Source: Spirochaetia bacterium
GTDB lineage: Bacteria; Spirochaetota; Spirochaetia; UBA9216
Assembly (NCBI GenBank): GCA_963677925.2
Contig: CAXXYH010000003.1
Span: 1,024,001-1,088,000 of the forward strand
Length of the DNA: 64,000 bases
Direction of reading: 5' to 3'
A model generated the notes under the pieces. The model saw only the letters and a list, made by a program, of their open reading frames with translations. It was not told the origin of the DNA and did no database searches. Shown in pieces: positions 19,564 through 30,731 of the stretch (position 1 is its first letter; the number at the start of each line of letters is the position of its first letter). The translations under genes were made by a program, and so were the position numbers.

Positions 19564-20098
19564 TGTTTTTTCCTGTAAGAATATTCCTGATATTTGTTTC
19601 AATATCTATGAAGAACTGGATACGTGATTCATTGCTGAAACGGCAGCCAAGCAGTCCGTTTCGAAGAAGAAGACCATCAAGTCCGGGGGGATTAACATAA
19701 AATTCGTTCAAAGACAGTGTCTTTATCTCGACCTGGCTTGAAACAATCAGACCGATACTGTCTATATGGACATCCTCATGCAGATCGGTAATCTTCATTA
19801 CCCGCTGAATTGTTTCATTGTTATAATCCGCTATATTCACTATGAGGCAGAGTTTGAGCCGTGAAGGATTTTTACATTTATAATTGTCCATCAGGAACTG
19901 ATCAAAATCACAGAGGACAAGATTTCTGCTGTTATAATCAGTGTATTTATCAAAATAGTCAGGACAGCCTGAATGAACTTCATAAAGTTCATTCAGGGAG
20001 GAGCTGCCTGTAAACTGGCTGCGATGGATTAGAAAATCAATTTCACGGTACTGCAGAACCAGAAAATCAGCACTGCTTCCATCGGAATTAATAGGCAC
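19544..20098 (-). CDS. Divergent CheW-like protein
   Basis: Position between cheW and cheB; beta-rich pattern (IGLIV..., FFIDI) like CheW; overlapping stop/start. Confidence 0.55.
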   Translation of the reverse strand: MPINSDGSSADFLVLQYREIDFLIHRSQFTGSSSLNELYEVHSGCPDYFDKYTDYNSRNLVLCDFDQFLMDNYKCKNPSRLKLCLIVNIADYNNETIQRVMKITDLHEDVHIDSIGLIVSSQVEIKTLSLNEFYVNPPGLDGLLLRNGLLGCRFSNESRIQFFIDIETNIRNILTGKNNENSIG

Positions 20099-20627
20099 TG
20101 ATATCGCCCTCCATCTTCTTTATCAGTGTGTTAAGATCAAATACAAAGATTTCTTCTGTATCAGTCGGGTTTATAGTGCCTATAAAATAGTCCTCATCCG
20201 GAATGGTGGATGTTATCCTGTGCAGTTCACTTTCCGGCAGATTTACAATCTCGACTACATCCGAAATAAGAATGGCAAGCTGATCATCCGCCCTGTTTAA
20301 AATCAGAAAGGTTGAAGAATCAAGCTTCTCTCCCTCCAGTATCACAGTCATGTCAATAACAGTATAGGGTTCACCATGCCGGTTAATAAAACCGCTGATA
20401 TACGGAGGTGTAAAGGGGACATAGAATACCGGCGTATTTCCGATTATCTCCTTTACTTCATCTGCAAACAATGCAAATTTTTTATCCTTGATTCCAATAA
20501 TCATATACTTGTTGTATTTCTGCGAGATTATAGCGGCTTTACCGTCTTTTTCGCTTCTAATCCGGCTTATCCTGTTCAGGATTTCCCTGGTCTCATTCGT
20601 CCGGCTGCTTTCTTCATTCTGCATCAT
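20088..20627 (-). CDS. cheW: CheW scaffold protein
   Basis: FALFADEVKEI, VPFTPPYISGFINRHGEPYTVID. Confidence 0.92.
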   Translation of the reverse strand: MMQNEESSRTNETREILNRISRIRSEKDGKAAIISQKYNKYMIIGIKDKKFALFADEVKEIIGNTPVFYVPFTPPYISGFINRHGEPYTVIDMTVILEGEKLDSSTFLILNRADDQLAILISDVVEIVNLPESELHRITSTIPDEDYFIGTINPTDTEEIFVFDLNTLIKKMEGDISAY

Positions 20628-20646
20628 TCACCTCCAGTCAGGGTTC

Positions 20647-21030
20647 TCAATAAAAATCTTCACTGAAAAGTCCGCGCCGTGCCTTCTTTTCACCATCACT
20701 GAACCCAATCTTGGCAATAAGAACCGCTACAGCCTTTTCAAGCTCGAGTGTTTTTCCAGTAAATTCCATTCCATAGTAATGATGTCCGGTCTTTCTATCC
20801 TGTTTATTCCATCTTGTTTCTACTGTTATCGGAGGCAGAGGCACACTTATAAATCCTTCAAAGGGTATCTTTATCTCTATCGTTCCCTTAAAGCCGGAAT
20901 CGATAGGCTGCTCAGCCAGAAGAAGGACTCCATTGGAACTGATGTCTGCCAGCTTACCGATCATATTCCCGGTTTCGGTATCCTCTATATCAAGATAGTA
21001 AACAAGATTTCTTCTTTTTATTTCGCGCAC
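20647..21030 (-). CDS. Stand-alone PilZ domain protein
   Basis: RxxxR (REIKR) and DxSxxG (DISSNG); likely GTG start after AAGGTG. Confidence 0.85.
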   Translation of the reverse strand: MREIKRRNLVYYLDIEDTETGNMIGKLADISSNGVLLLAEQPIDSGFKGTIEIKIPFEGFISVPLPPITVETRWNKQDRKTGHHYYGMEFTGKTLELEKAVAVLIAKIGFSDGEKKARRGLFSEDFY

Positions 21031-21056
21031 TGTATCACCTTTATCTGCATGCAATT

Positions 21057-23051
21057 TTATTCGATGTCACTTACATTATACTTATCAACCAGTTCCTTAA
21101 GTCCGTCGGCCATGGCTTTCAGATTTTCGGTTGATGCTGATGTTGACCTGGTGGAAACAACAAAATTATCTATACCGCCTGATATCTGCCTTAATGTCAG
21201 AAGAATCTGCTCAAACGCAGAAACCTGCTGATTGATAGATACGTTTATCTGCTGTGCCGATTCCGCTGATATTTCCGCAGAGCTTAAAACATCCTCGAAT
21301 ATTTTTCGGAGAGCACCTGAAAGCTCACCGCCTTCCCTGATATGTTCAGTTCCCTCTTCAGAAGCAATAATGAGGTTATCTGAAGAATGCTGAATTTCGT
21401 TAATCTTTCCCTTTATTTCACTTGTGGAAGACATCGTAATATCAGCAAGACGTCTGATTTCTGTTGCAACTATCTGAAAATTCTTTCCTGCTTCACCTGC
21501 GGCAGAAGCCTCCAGTTCCGCATTGAATGCAATAATTTTAGTCTGATCGGCAATCCCGTTAATTATATTTACAATCTCCCAGATGCTGTCTATCTTTTCG
21601 CTTAGTGCTTTTATTCCGTCGATAGTCTCCGAGTTTGATTTTTTAATTTCATCCATCTTTTCCAGGGTGCCCTGAACTGTTGAAAAGCCTGTCTGCACGA
21701 CCTCTCTTGTATTATCAGAAATTCTGGTCACCTCTTCGATCCTGTTTGCTATATTCTTTGACAGCTGATCAGAATCCTCCATGGTCGTAACTATTTCTTT
21801 TACTGCTGCAGCCTGCTCATTTGATGTTGCAGTAATCTGCTGGGATGATACCGAGAGATTCTGAACCGATTCAAAAAGCTCTGCAGAGGTAGATTTTATC
21901 CTTCTGAGCATATCCTCAACTGTATCAATCAAAGCGTTAAAATGAATTGATACTGTTCCTATTTCATCATGGCTTTTCTGCTCTACCCGTCCGGTCAAAT
22001 CGCCGGCGGCAATATTCTCAGTAAGTATTTTAATCTGTATCAGAGGCTTCAGGATACGTTTGAGAATAAGGGCAATAAGGTAATTGGCAAAAATAAAGGC
22101 GACAAAAAGAATAATTACACTGATAATTTTTATTTTATTCAGAAGACCGAACATATCGCTTGTATATGCCTTGGTAACAATGATTAGATCCAGGTCGGGA
22201 TAGGCTCTGAAAATTGCGATAGAATCTGAATCAATTTTATCACCAAGCATTCTGTAGGTTATCGAACCGTTCTGCTTCTTGATGATATCCCTTATAAAAT
22301 AGCTTCCATCTTCAGCCTGGTTATCATAAAGGCTTTCACCCTTAAGTGTTGGATGAATAAGAAGTTTGCCCTCATTATTCATGATATACGGATATCCGTT
22401 TTCACCTATTTTTATGCTCAGAATCCTTTTTTCAAGCTCGCCCAGATCAACCAGTTTATGGAATTCCGATTTATAAGATGAGGCCCAAATTATAAGATCC
22501 CAGGGTTTAAAATATGCCATACCGCCCGCTTTTGAGCGTGGTTTATCTTCATTCTTGTTCTGCCACTCATATTCCAGATACCCTTCCTTCATTGAAGTAG
22601 CTCTTTTCATAAAATCATAACCGCTTGCATCCGCCCCTTCCGAAAGAGGATGTATTACAAGAACACCCTTTCCGTCCACTCCGGCAAGATACCCGGTTTC
22701 ACCGATCTTTCCGATATCAGGATCAAGGATGATATTTTTTACATTCTGCCATGCCCGGGCTTCTGTCTGCCGTCCGGCTTTAAATTGATCATATTCATGT
22801 TCCACCAGCCGTTTTACCATTTCAGCTGTGCTGATAAGATAATTCTGAACGCTGGCATCCACATAGCTGTCGGTAAGCTGGTAAATCAATTCCGTTGTAT
22901 TTGAAAGCTCGTTCCGGTACTGCTTATCAAGACCGGATGTAAGATTTACAAAAATTCCAACCCCAAGCCCTGCCAGAACTATAACGAAAAGAACTCCGAA
23001 CACAGCCTGGATTTTTACACTGACACTTGAAAGTAATCTCCTAATATCCAT
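21057..23051 (-). CDS. Methyl-accepting chemotaxis protein with tandem Cache_2-type sensors (ACF-type tip)
   Basis: IGETGY..HP / IGENGYPY..HP Cache motifs; HAMP; IADQTKIIAFNAELEA. Confidence 0.93.
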   Translation of the reverse strand: MDIRRLLSSVSVKIQAVFGVLFVIVLAGLGVGIFVNLTSGLDKQYRNELSNTTELIYQLTDSYVDASVQNYLISTAEMVKRLVEHEYDQFKAGRQTEARAWQNVKNIILDPDIGKIGETGYLAGVDGKGVLVIHPLSEGADASGYDFMKRATSMKEGYLEYEWQNKNEDKPRSKAGGMAYFKPWDLIIWASSYKSEFHKLVDLGELEKRILSIKIGENGYPYIMNNEGKLLIHPTLKGESLYDNQAEDGSYFIRDIIKKQNGSITYRMLGDKIDSDSIAIFRAYPDLDLIIVTKAYTSDMFGLLNKIKIISVIILFVAFIFANYLIALILKRILKPLIQIKILTENIAAGDLTGRVEQKSHDEIGTVSIHFNALIDTVEDMLRRIKSTSAELFESVQNLSVSSQQITATSNEQAAAVKEIVTTMEDSDQLSKNIANRIEEVTRISDNTREVVQTGFSTVQGTLEKMDEIKKSNSETIDGIKALSEKIDSIWEIVNIINGIADQTKIIAFNAELEASAAGEAGKNFQIVATEIRRLADITMSSTSEIKGKINEIQHSSDNLIIASEEGTEHIREGGELSGALRKIFEDVLSSAEISAESAQQINVSINQQVSAFEQILLTLRQISGGIDNFVVSTRSTSASTENLKAMADGLKELVDKYNVSDIE

Positions 23052-23162
23052 CCTTGTATCTCCTACATTTAATTTTCGGCAAAATCAGAGGCAATTTCCA
23101 ATCATTATTCAAGTATCCGGAAAACCTGTACAAAAAGAGTCAAAAGTAGTAATTTCTGGAGT

Positions 23163-23366
23163 ATGGAAGATAGAATAATATCTCTTGAAACTAAACTTGC
23201 TTTTGCAGAAGACAGCATTCAGGAATTGAACAAAACGGTACTTTCCCAGGAGAAGGATATACAGAAGCTTCGGGCTTTCTGTCTGGAGCTGCAGAAGAAA
23301 TTAAACGATCTGGCAGAATCTGATAACTCAGATTTCAGTGCTGATCAGAGACCGCCGCATTATTAA
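23163..23366 (+). CDS. slyX: SlyX family protein
   Basis: MEDRIISLETKLAF...ELN...C-terminal RPPHY. Confidence 0.9.
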   Translation: MEDRIISLETKLAFAEDSIQELNKTVLSQEKDIQKLRAFCLELQKKLNDLAESDNSDFSADQRPPHY

Positions 23367-23371
23367 TACTA

Positions 23372-23421
23372 AAAGACCTGCAGAAAATAGTTGAAATACT
23401 CCAATTATCACTGCAGGTCTT
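23372..23421. terminator. Inverted repeat / terminator between convergent genes
   Basis: AAGACCTGCAG...CTGCAGGTCTT. Confidence 0.65.
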
Positions 23422-23459
23422 AATCTTTAAACTGTTTTAATAAACAATGTATGGTCTTT

Positions 23460-24170
23460 CTACTCGCTCCAGGTTCCGCTTCTGGATTCTCCTGTTAATG
23501 AAGGAATTTCAAGCTTCATGCCGGGAATTATCAAATCTGGATTGTCGGGATCCGGCATTGAAGATTTATTCTTTTCGTAGATAAGCCTCCAGAGAGTCGG
23601 ATCTCCGTATATGAAGCTGTAGCCTGCAATATTCCACAAACAGTCTGCATTTCCGGGAAGCAGCCTAACAGTATAGTATCGCGGTTTTGATACTGTTTTT
23701 TCAGGTTCAGCCTCCGGCGCTGCTCCGCTTCCGATATAATGGATGACTTTCATGACCTCAAGAGCCTGTTTTGAGCTGTCAATACTTCCTTCATAGTCCT
23801 CGGTTTTATACTGCTCAACAGCAGTATTATAAAGATTCTTTCCTTCCGCAAACTCTGCAGGGAAGTTCTTTTCAGCCTGCCAGAGTGAGGCAGTCTGTAT
23901 TCTGTCTTTTGTCAGTACAATATAGCTGTTTGCCCTGTACTGAAGCAGCTTTTTCTGTACATATTCATCGGCTAATTCAGCGTAATGACGCGACTCTTCC
24001 GCAAGCTGTCTGGCAAGATCGTAATCGCCCTCATCGAAGGCTGCTTCACTCTGCTTTTTCAGCTGCACCGAGCGGTTATAATCCGGATTATCCCGCAGGG
24101 ACTGGGAAAACAAGGTTTCCCCTGAAATTAAAACCAGTATCGTAAGAAGAAAAATTATCTTTTTGATCAT
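23460..24170 (-). CDS. LysM peptidoglycan-binding protein (spirochaete type)
   Basis: Signal peptide; helical region; C-terminal DCLWNIA...YGDPTLWRLIY..N...PDLIIPG. Confidence 0.85.
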   Translation of the reverse strand: MIKKIIFLLTILVLISGETLFSQSLRDNPDYNRSVQLKKQSEAAFDEGDYDLARQLAEESRHYAELADEYVQKKLLQYRANSYIVLTKDRIQTASLWQAEKNFPAEFAEGKNLYNTAVEQYKTEDYEGSIDSSKQALEVMKVIHYIGSGAAPEAEPEKTVSKPRYYTVRLLPGNADCLWNIAGYSFIYGDPTLWRLIYEKNKSSMPDPDNPDLIIPGMKLEIPSLTGESRSGTWSE

Positions 24171-24631
24171 TCATCTCCTCCGGTTTCCTCAAGAGCATCC
24201 TCACTGTTTTTTTCTGTTTTGGATATAGCATCATCTGCTGCCTTCATTGCAGCAAGGGCTTCTTCCCTCTTTTTGAGAGCAATATCGGCCGATTCATCAA
24301 ACTTCTCAGAGGCAAGACTGTACAGTTCAAAAGCATCGGAATAATTTTCATCGGCAAAGGCATCATCGGCATGTTCATAGTACTCCATAGCCTTGATGTA
24401 TTCATCAGGTGCAGCTTTTGGAGCCTTTAGTTCAACGGCCTTCTCCTGCGAGGTTCCAGCCAGTTTTTTTGCATCTTCGGCCTCGGTTTTTCCTGCTTTT
24501 ACGGTAACGACAGGAGTTTCAGACCGCCCGGATTCCGGGTCAGGACTTATCGTTTCTTCCGGCGTAGTAGCACATGAAAATGAAATAAGTAGAATTAATG
24601 TAATTAAAATTGGAAATAATAACTTACGCAT
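24167..24631 (-). CDS. Helical lipoprotein coupled to the LysM gene
   Basis: Lipobox SFSC; Ala/Glu-rich helices; ATGA overlap with LysM gene. Confidence 0.75.
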   Translation of the reverse strand: MRKLLFPILITLILLISFSCATTPEETISPDPESGRSETPVVTVKAGKTEAEDAKKLAGTSQEKAVELKAPKAAPDEYIKAMEYYEHADDAFADENYSDAFELYSLASEKFDESADIALKKREEALAAMKAADDAISKTEKNSEDALEETGGDE

Positions 24632-24734
24632 ATTTTACCTTCTCCAGAAAGAATAATATCTCAAATTCCGCATAATTCATATACTAACTGATATTTCATT
24701 GCAATTGAGAACTGTTTCACTATATTATCCTTGT

Positions 24735-26243
24735 ATGAGGCTTAATTACTACCTTAGCATCATGATAATCATTGTTTCATCCCTGATGCTCTTTATTGGC
24801 ATCTGGTGTGCAAGAAAAAGAGAAGTAAAAGGTGCACGGACTTTTTCATTACTGATACTTGCAATGGTTATTCATTCCTTCGGTTATGCCTTTGAGCTTA
24901 TTGGCAGCAGTCTGAGCCGGATGTTTCTCTGTATCAGAATTGAGTATATAGGAGTTGCATTCTACCCCTATCTTCTGCTGCTGTTTACAAGCGAATACAC
25001 TGATGAAAGAAAGATAGCAAACAGGGTGGTCAGGGCAATAATTCTATCCCTCAATATCGCCACATTCTTTATTGTCCAGACAAACAGCGCACACCTTCTT
25101 TACTATCGATCAGTAACTGCCGGCAGTCCATATGGATTTCCGCTTCTTATTCTTGAACCCGGTCCATGGTATGCAGTACAAACGCTGCTGCTGTTTTCTA
25201 CCGCCCTGTACAGTGTAATTATATTCATCTACCGGATGAGGCGGCTCGACAGAAATGCACGTAAGCGCGCCGGGTTTCTTTTGATAGGAATTCTCATTCC
25301 CTGTATTGCAACAGTTCTCGCGATTACAGGTGTACTCCCAAGTCATATTGATTTTTCACCAATCAGCTATTTTCTGCTTGTTATTAATTATATAACCGGG
25401 CTGTTCAGGTACAGGCTGTTTCTGGTCAGTGAACTGTCGCACGAAATGATTCTTGATACTATCGAGGAAGCTGTCATAGTAATTTCGGATGACGGAATCG
25501 TGATAAATACAAATTCAGCTGTTACGGAGTATTTTCCGCCTCTTAACAATATATCAGTAGGTGATCGGCTGGCTGATTATCCGGAACTCTCAGGAATTCT
25601 TGAAAAAGAAAGGACTGATGAGATCAGCATTGGAGAAGACTTCTACCAGCTGAAAGTAATCCCCTATCAGAAACAGCATTGTACATTATACGTATTCAGC
25701 AATATTACACAGCGTACCGCAGCCAGGATCAAACTTGAAAAACTGGCGGTTACAGACCCGCTTACAGGGGTCTATAATAGAAGATACTTTATGACTGAAT
25801 GTGAAAAGGAAATAAAGGAAGCTCTGCGTTATCATTATCCTGTTTCAGCGATAATGCTTGATATTGATGATTTTAAAATTATTAATGACCAATACGGACA
25901 TAAATCAGGTGATGAGGCACTATGCCGGCTGACGGAAATATGCCTGAACCAACTGAGAGAAATTGATATTCTTGCCAGATACGGGGGTGAGGAATTTGTG
26001 ATTATGCTGCCTCATACTGAATGCCGTGAAGCCGTTGAAATAGCGGAAAGACTAAGGGAAGCCGTTGCAGGCGATAATGCCACGAATTTCACGATCAGTC
26101 TGGGAGTAAGCTGTCTCAGCGACAGTGAGATAAGTGATGTAGATCATCTTATAAACAACTCTGACACAGCCATGTATTTCTCAAAAAGAACCGGAAAAAA
26201 CAAAACCTCAGCCTTCAGCAATTTACCGCAATCTGCAGAATAA
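24735..26243 (+). CDS. Diguanylate cyclase (HisKA_7TM, PAS-like, GGDEF)
   Basis: 7 TM N-terminus; DPLTGVYNRR, DIDDFKIINDQYGH..GD, RxxD I-site (REID), RYGGEEF. Confidence 0.92.
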   Translation: MRLNYYLSIMIIIVSSLMLFIGIWCARKREVKGARTFSLLILAMVIHSFGYAFELIGSSLSRMFLCIRIEYIGVAFYPYLLLLFTSEYTDERKIANRVVRAIILSLNIATFFIVQTNSAHLLYYRSVTAGSPYGFPLLILEPGPWYAVQTLLLFSTALYSVIIFIYRMRRLDRNARKRAGFLLIGILIPCIATVLAITGVLPSHIDFSPISYFLLVINYITGLFRYRLFLVSELSHEMILDTIEEAVIVISDDGIVINTNSAVTEYFPPLNNISVGDRLADYPELSGILEKERTDEISIGEDFYQLKVIPYQKQHCTLYVFSNITQRTAARIKLEKLAVTDPLTGVYNRRYFMTECEKEIKEALRYHYPVSAIMLDIDDFKIINDQYGHKSGDEALCRLTEICLNQLREIDILARYGGEEFVIMLPHTECREAVEIAERLREAVAGDNATNFTISLGVSCLSDSEISDVDHLINNSDTAMYFSKRTGKNKTSAFSNLPQSAE

Positions 26244-26283
26244 TTATTTGACTCACAGATAGAACTGATTCATAATTATCTGT

Positions 26284-26673
26284 ATGCACAGGTTATCGTA
26301 TAAACTGATGCTGCTTGCATCCCTGCTGATTACTGCTGGGGGAATTTTCACCCTGATTCCGAGGGCTGCCGCCGGCTATCCGAATATTCTGGGTTACAGG
26401 TCTGTATGCACTTTTGCTCCTTCTGCAACATTATTCTGCTTTTTTACAGCCGGCACCATCTGCTTCTTCAGAGCCGCGTTTATCAAAGACCAGTCCGGTA
26501 CAGCTGCAGAAAGATTTAAAAAACACCGGAAATTTCTTTTTCTGCCGGGTATAGTACTTGGCGCGGCGATAATCACTGCAATATATTTTGCAGATATCAA
26601 ATCAGAATACACTGACGGAACAACATCCGCAACAGTGATGGAGAGTACAGATGAGCCAGAGAGAACAGATTGA
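26284..26673 (+). CDS. Small 3-TM membrane protein with C-terminal flavinylation-like motif
   Basis: Three hydrophobic segments; LGYRSVCTFAP; DGTTSAT. Confidence 0.6.
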   Translation: MHRLSYKLMLLASLLITAGGIFTLIPRAAAGYPNILGYRSVCTFAPSATLFCFFTAGTICFFRAAFIKDQSGTAAERFKKHRKFLFLPGIVLGAAIITAIYFADIKSEYTDGTTSATVMESTDEPERTD

Positions 26674-27103
26674 TCAAGTAATAGGTTCTGAGACTATAGC
26701 CGTTGCAGGGGTTTCGAAAAACCCTAATAAATTCGGCAGTGCGGTATACAGGGATCTGAAATCAAAGGGGTATAAGGTAGTCGGACTGAATCCGGTTATG
26801 GATAGTTTTGAGGGAGATCCCTGCTATAAGGCTCTCGCAGATATTCCCGAAAAACCTTCAGCCTTAATTTGTGTTGTGAAACCTGAAGTAACAGAAGTAC
26901 TTGTTCGTGAAGCTCACGGGCTGGGAATAGACAAGGTTTGGATGCAGCAGGGAGCTGAATCTGAAGAAGCGGTTAAATTCTGCAGAGATAACGGGATGAG
27001 TGTTGTATCAAATGCCTGTGTTATGATGTACGCAGAGCCGGTCAATTCAATACACAAATTTCACCGGGGACTTTCAAAACTTTTCGGAAAATACCAGAAA
27101 TAA
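26651..27103 (+). CDS. CoA-binding protein (YccU family)
   Basis: IAVAGVSKNPNK, VWMQQG, ACVM. Confidence 0.9.
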   Translation: MSQREQIDQVIGSETIAVAGVSKNPNKFGSAVYRDLKSKGYKVVGLNPVMDSFEGDPCYKALADIPEKPSALICVVKPEVTEVLVREAHGLGIDKVWMQQGAESEEAVKFCRDNGMSVVSNACVMMYAEPVNSIHKFHRGLSKLFGKYQK

Positions 27104-27108
27104 ACAAA

Positions 27109-27136
27109 GCCCTTTGAAACCAAGGCGTCAAAGGGC
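27109..27136. terminator. Hairpin between convergent genes
   Basis: GCCCTTTGA-N10-TCAAAGGGC. Confidence 0.65.
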
Positions 27137-27166
27137 CGCTTAAATATTTTGTAATCGTAAATATTA

Positions 27167-27973
27167 TTAGCTTCTATAGTTCTCCGGCAGCCAGTATCCG
27201 CTCATATCTTCAGTTGATCTGAAGGCAGTCTGTACTTCAAAACCGTTTTCACTGCTGCTGATTGTTCCTTCGAGAACCGCACCTGTAGCATACAGCTGCT
27301 TCCCGTCAAAACTGTAGGTAACAGTTTCAGTATAGCTGATATCACTGTTATTATTATTCAGTTCAAGTTTTCTCATGATACCTTCATCATCAAGCCATAC
27401 TCTGCCTGATAATTTGGCATAAGCATCTGTGGTTGATGAATCTACATCACTTACTGAAAGTCCAAGACTCTTCTCGAAACTGTATTCAAGTGAGGAGGCA
27501 GGGCAGTACATAACATATTCATATACTGTACATTCGTTTCCATTTACCGTTTCTGTAATCCCGGTATTATTAATCTTTGTATCTGCATAACTGTCAAATG
27601 GTGTGGTTCCGAGACTGTTATTTACTGACAATCTCTTCATAAGTGCATCAGAACTGCCGGCATAGCTTAACGCTAGAGCCTTTCCTTTAACAAGGTTTCC
27701 GCTTGCATTATCGATCGCCATTGAATCATTTTCATCATACCAGATGGTCAGAACCTCAGAGCTTACTGTATCACCGGAAGGACTCAGCTCTTCCCATACT
27801 ATCTTTTTTTCTTCAGGAAGGATTCCCGAACTTGCTTTTACGATTTCAGAAGCTTTCACCCATATATCATCACTTCCGGCAGAAGTATATTCGCCGCTGC
27901 CGGCTGCGAACACCTGCATTCCTGAAATCACGGTCATTACTACAGCTGCTGCTGCAATCATCTTTCTTTTCAT
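27167..27973 (-). CDS. Exported protein of unknown function (LolA/DUF4412-like beta fold possible)
   Basis: Signal ...VFAAGSGE; GITETVNGNECTVYEY and VWLD motifs. Confidence 0.6.
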   Translation of the reverse strand: MKRKMIAAAAVVMTVISGMQVFAAGSGEYTSAGSDDIWVKASEIVKASSGILPEEKKIVWEELSPSGDTVSSEVLTIWYDENDSMAIDNASGNLVKGKALALSYAGSSDALMKRLSVNNSLGTTPFDSYADTKINNTGITETVNGNECTVYEYVMYCPASSLEYSFEKSLGLSVSDVDSSTTDAYAKLSGRVWLDDEGIMRKLELNNNNSDISYTETVTYSFDGKQLYATGAVLEGTISSSENGFEVQTAFRSTEDMSGYWLPENYRS

Positions 27974-28160
27974 TTTAGAACTCCTGTTCAATAAGTTATG
28001 TAAATAACATAAGCCTCTATTGTCAGGATTATAAATTCGGGGAATGAAAGCTTGGTGGATTTATGCACACATGAAATTCATATTAGAGCTGAATTTGTGC
28101 AGGGGATATAATTTGTTGCTGCAGTGTAAACCGGTTGTAAACTGTTTAAGGCAGCGGATA

Positions 28161-29824
<1,664 letters not shown>

Positions 29825-30721
29825 TTATCCCTTTAATGCTTCCTTGCCGGAGACTATCTCTATCAGCTCATTGGTTATGGTTGCCTGTCTGGCATGGTTC
29901 TGCATTGTCACATACTTGTTAATAAGATCTTCCGAATTGTTTGTTGCATTTTCCATTGCAGTCATTCTTGATGAATGCTCGCTTAAAAGAGAATGCAGCA
30001 GATATGAATTGAGCCTGTATTTAAACATCAGATAACCCGCTGATACGGCCAGTTCATCACCGGAGGGTTCAATCTGTATCGGGCCTGCAGAGGCTTCTGA
30101 TTCTGCACCATCTGCACCATCTCCTGACTCAGACTTCTCCATAATTACCGGAAATACCTGTTTAAGCTCTGTCTCCTGCTGGAGAGCAGAATAGAAAATA
30201 TTACCTATAATATAGATCTTCTGAACATCACCTTTCATGAAACGTTCAAAAATATCCGACGCCATCTTATTGAGACGATCTTTTGTAAAGGTCTTCTCGG
30301 CTATCTCTGATTTTTGATAAACATCGTATTCTTTCCTGCGGCAGAAGGCAGTCCCCTTATTACCGATACTGGTCAACTCGACTTCGATGTCCTGCTCCTG
30401 CTTTTCACTGACAAATCTTTCTACGGCCTTTGTTACTGAACTGTTATGAGTTCCGCACAGGCCCTTATCTGCTGTAAACATTATTAAATGCACACGCTTT
30501 ACTTCCGGATATCCGCTAACAACAGGATGCACCAGCCCCTGCAGTGAAGCCATGAGTTCATTTGAGAATTCTCCTGCCTTTGCATGGAAGGTATTCAGGG
30601 CTGACTGAAGTCCATAGAGTTTCCGAAGCTTGATAGAGGAGATCATATTCATGGCCTTGGTGACCTTCTGCATATTCTGCAGCGAGCCGATTTTCCTTCC
30701 CAGGTCTCTTACATTACTCAT
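29825..30721 (-). CDS. atpG: ATP synthase F1 gamma
   Basis: KVTKAM, DKGLCG, EHSSRMTAM, RQATITNELIEIVSG. Confidence 0.98.
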   Translation of the reverse strand: MSNVRDLGRKIGSLQNMQKVTKAMNMISSIKLRKLYGLQSALNTFHAKAGEFSNELMASLQGLVHPVVSGYPEVKRVHLIMFTADKGLCGTHNSSVTKAVERFVSEKQEQDIEVELTSIGNKGTAFCRRKEYDVYQKSEIAEKTFTKDRLNKMASDIFERFMKGDVQKIYIIGNIFYSALQQETELKQVFPVIMEKSESGDGADGAESEASAGPIQIEPSGDELAVSAGYLMFKYRLNSYLLHSLLSEHSSRMTAMENATNNSEDLINKYVTMQNHARQATITNELIEIVSGKEALKG

Positions 30722-30731
30722 AATAAACCGT

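Noticed and set aside
20488-21231. 247-aa plus-strand ORF and the many other antisense or nested ORFs in the track (e.g. 18974-19459, 29282-29836, 62443-63030)
   Set aside because: They lie opposite well-supported genes, with no motifs or RBS; treated as shadow ORFs
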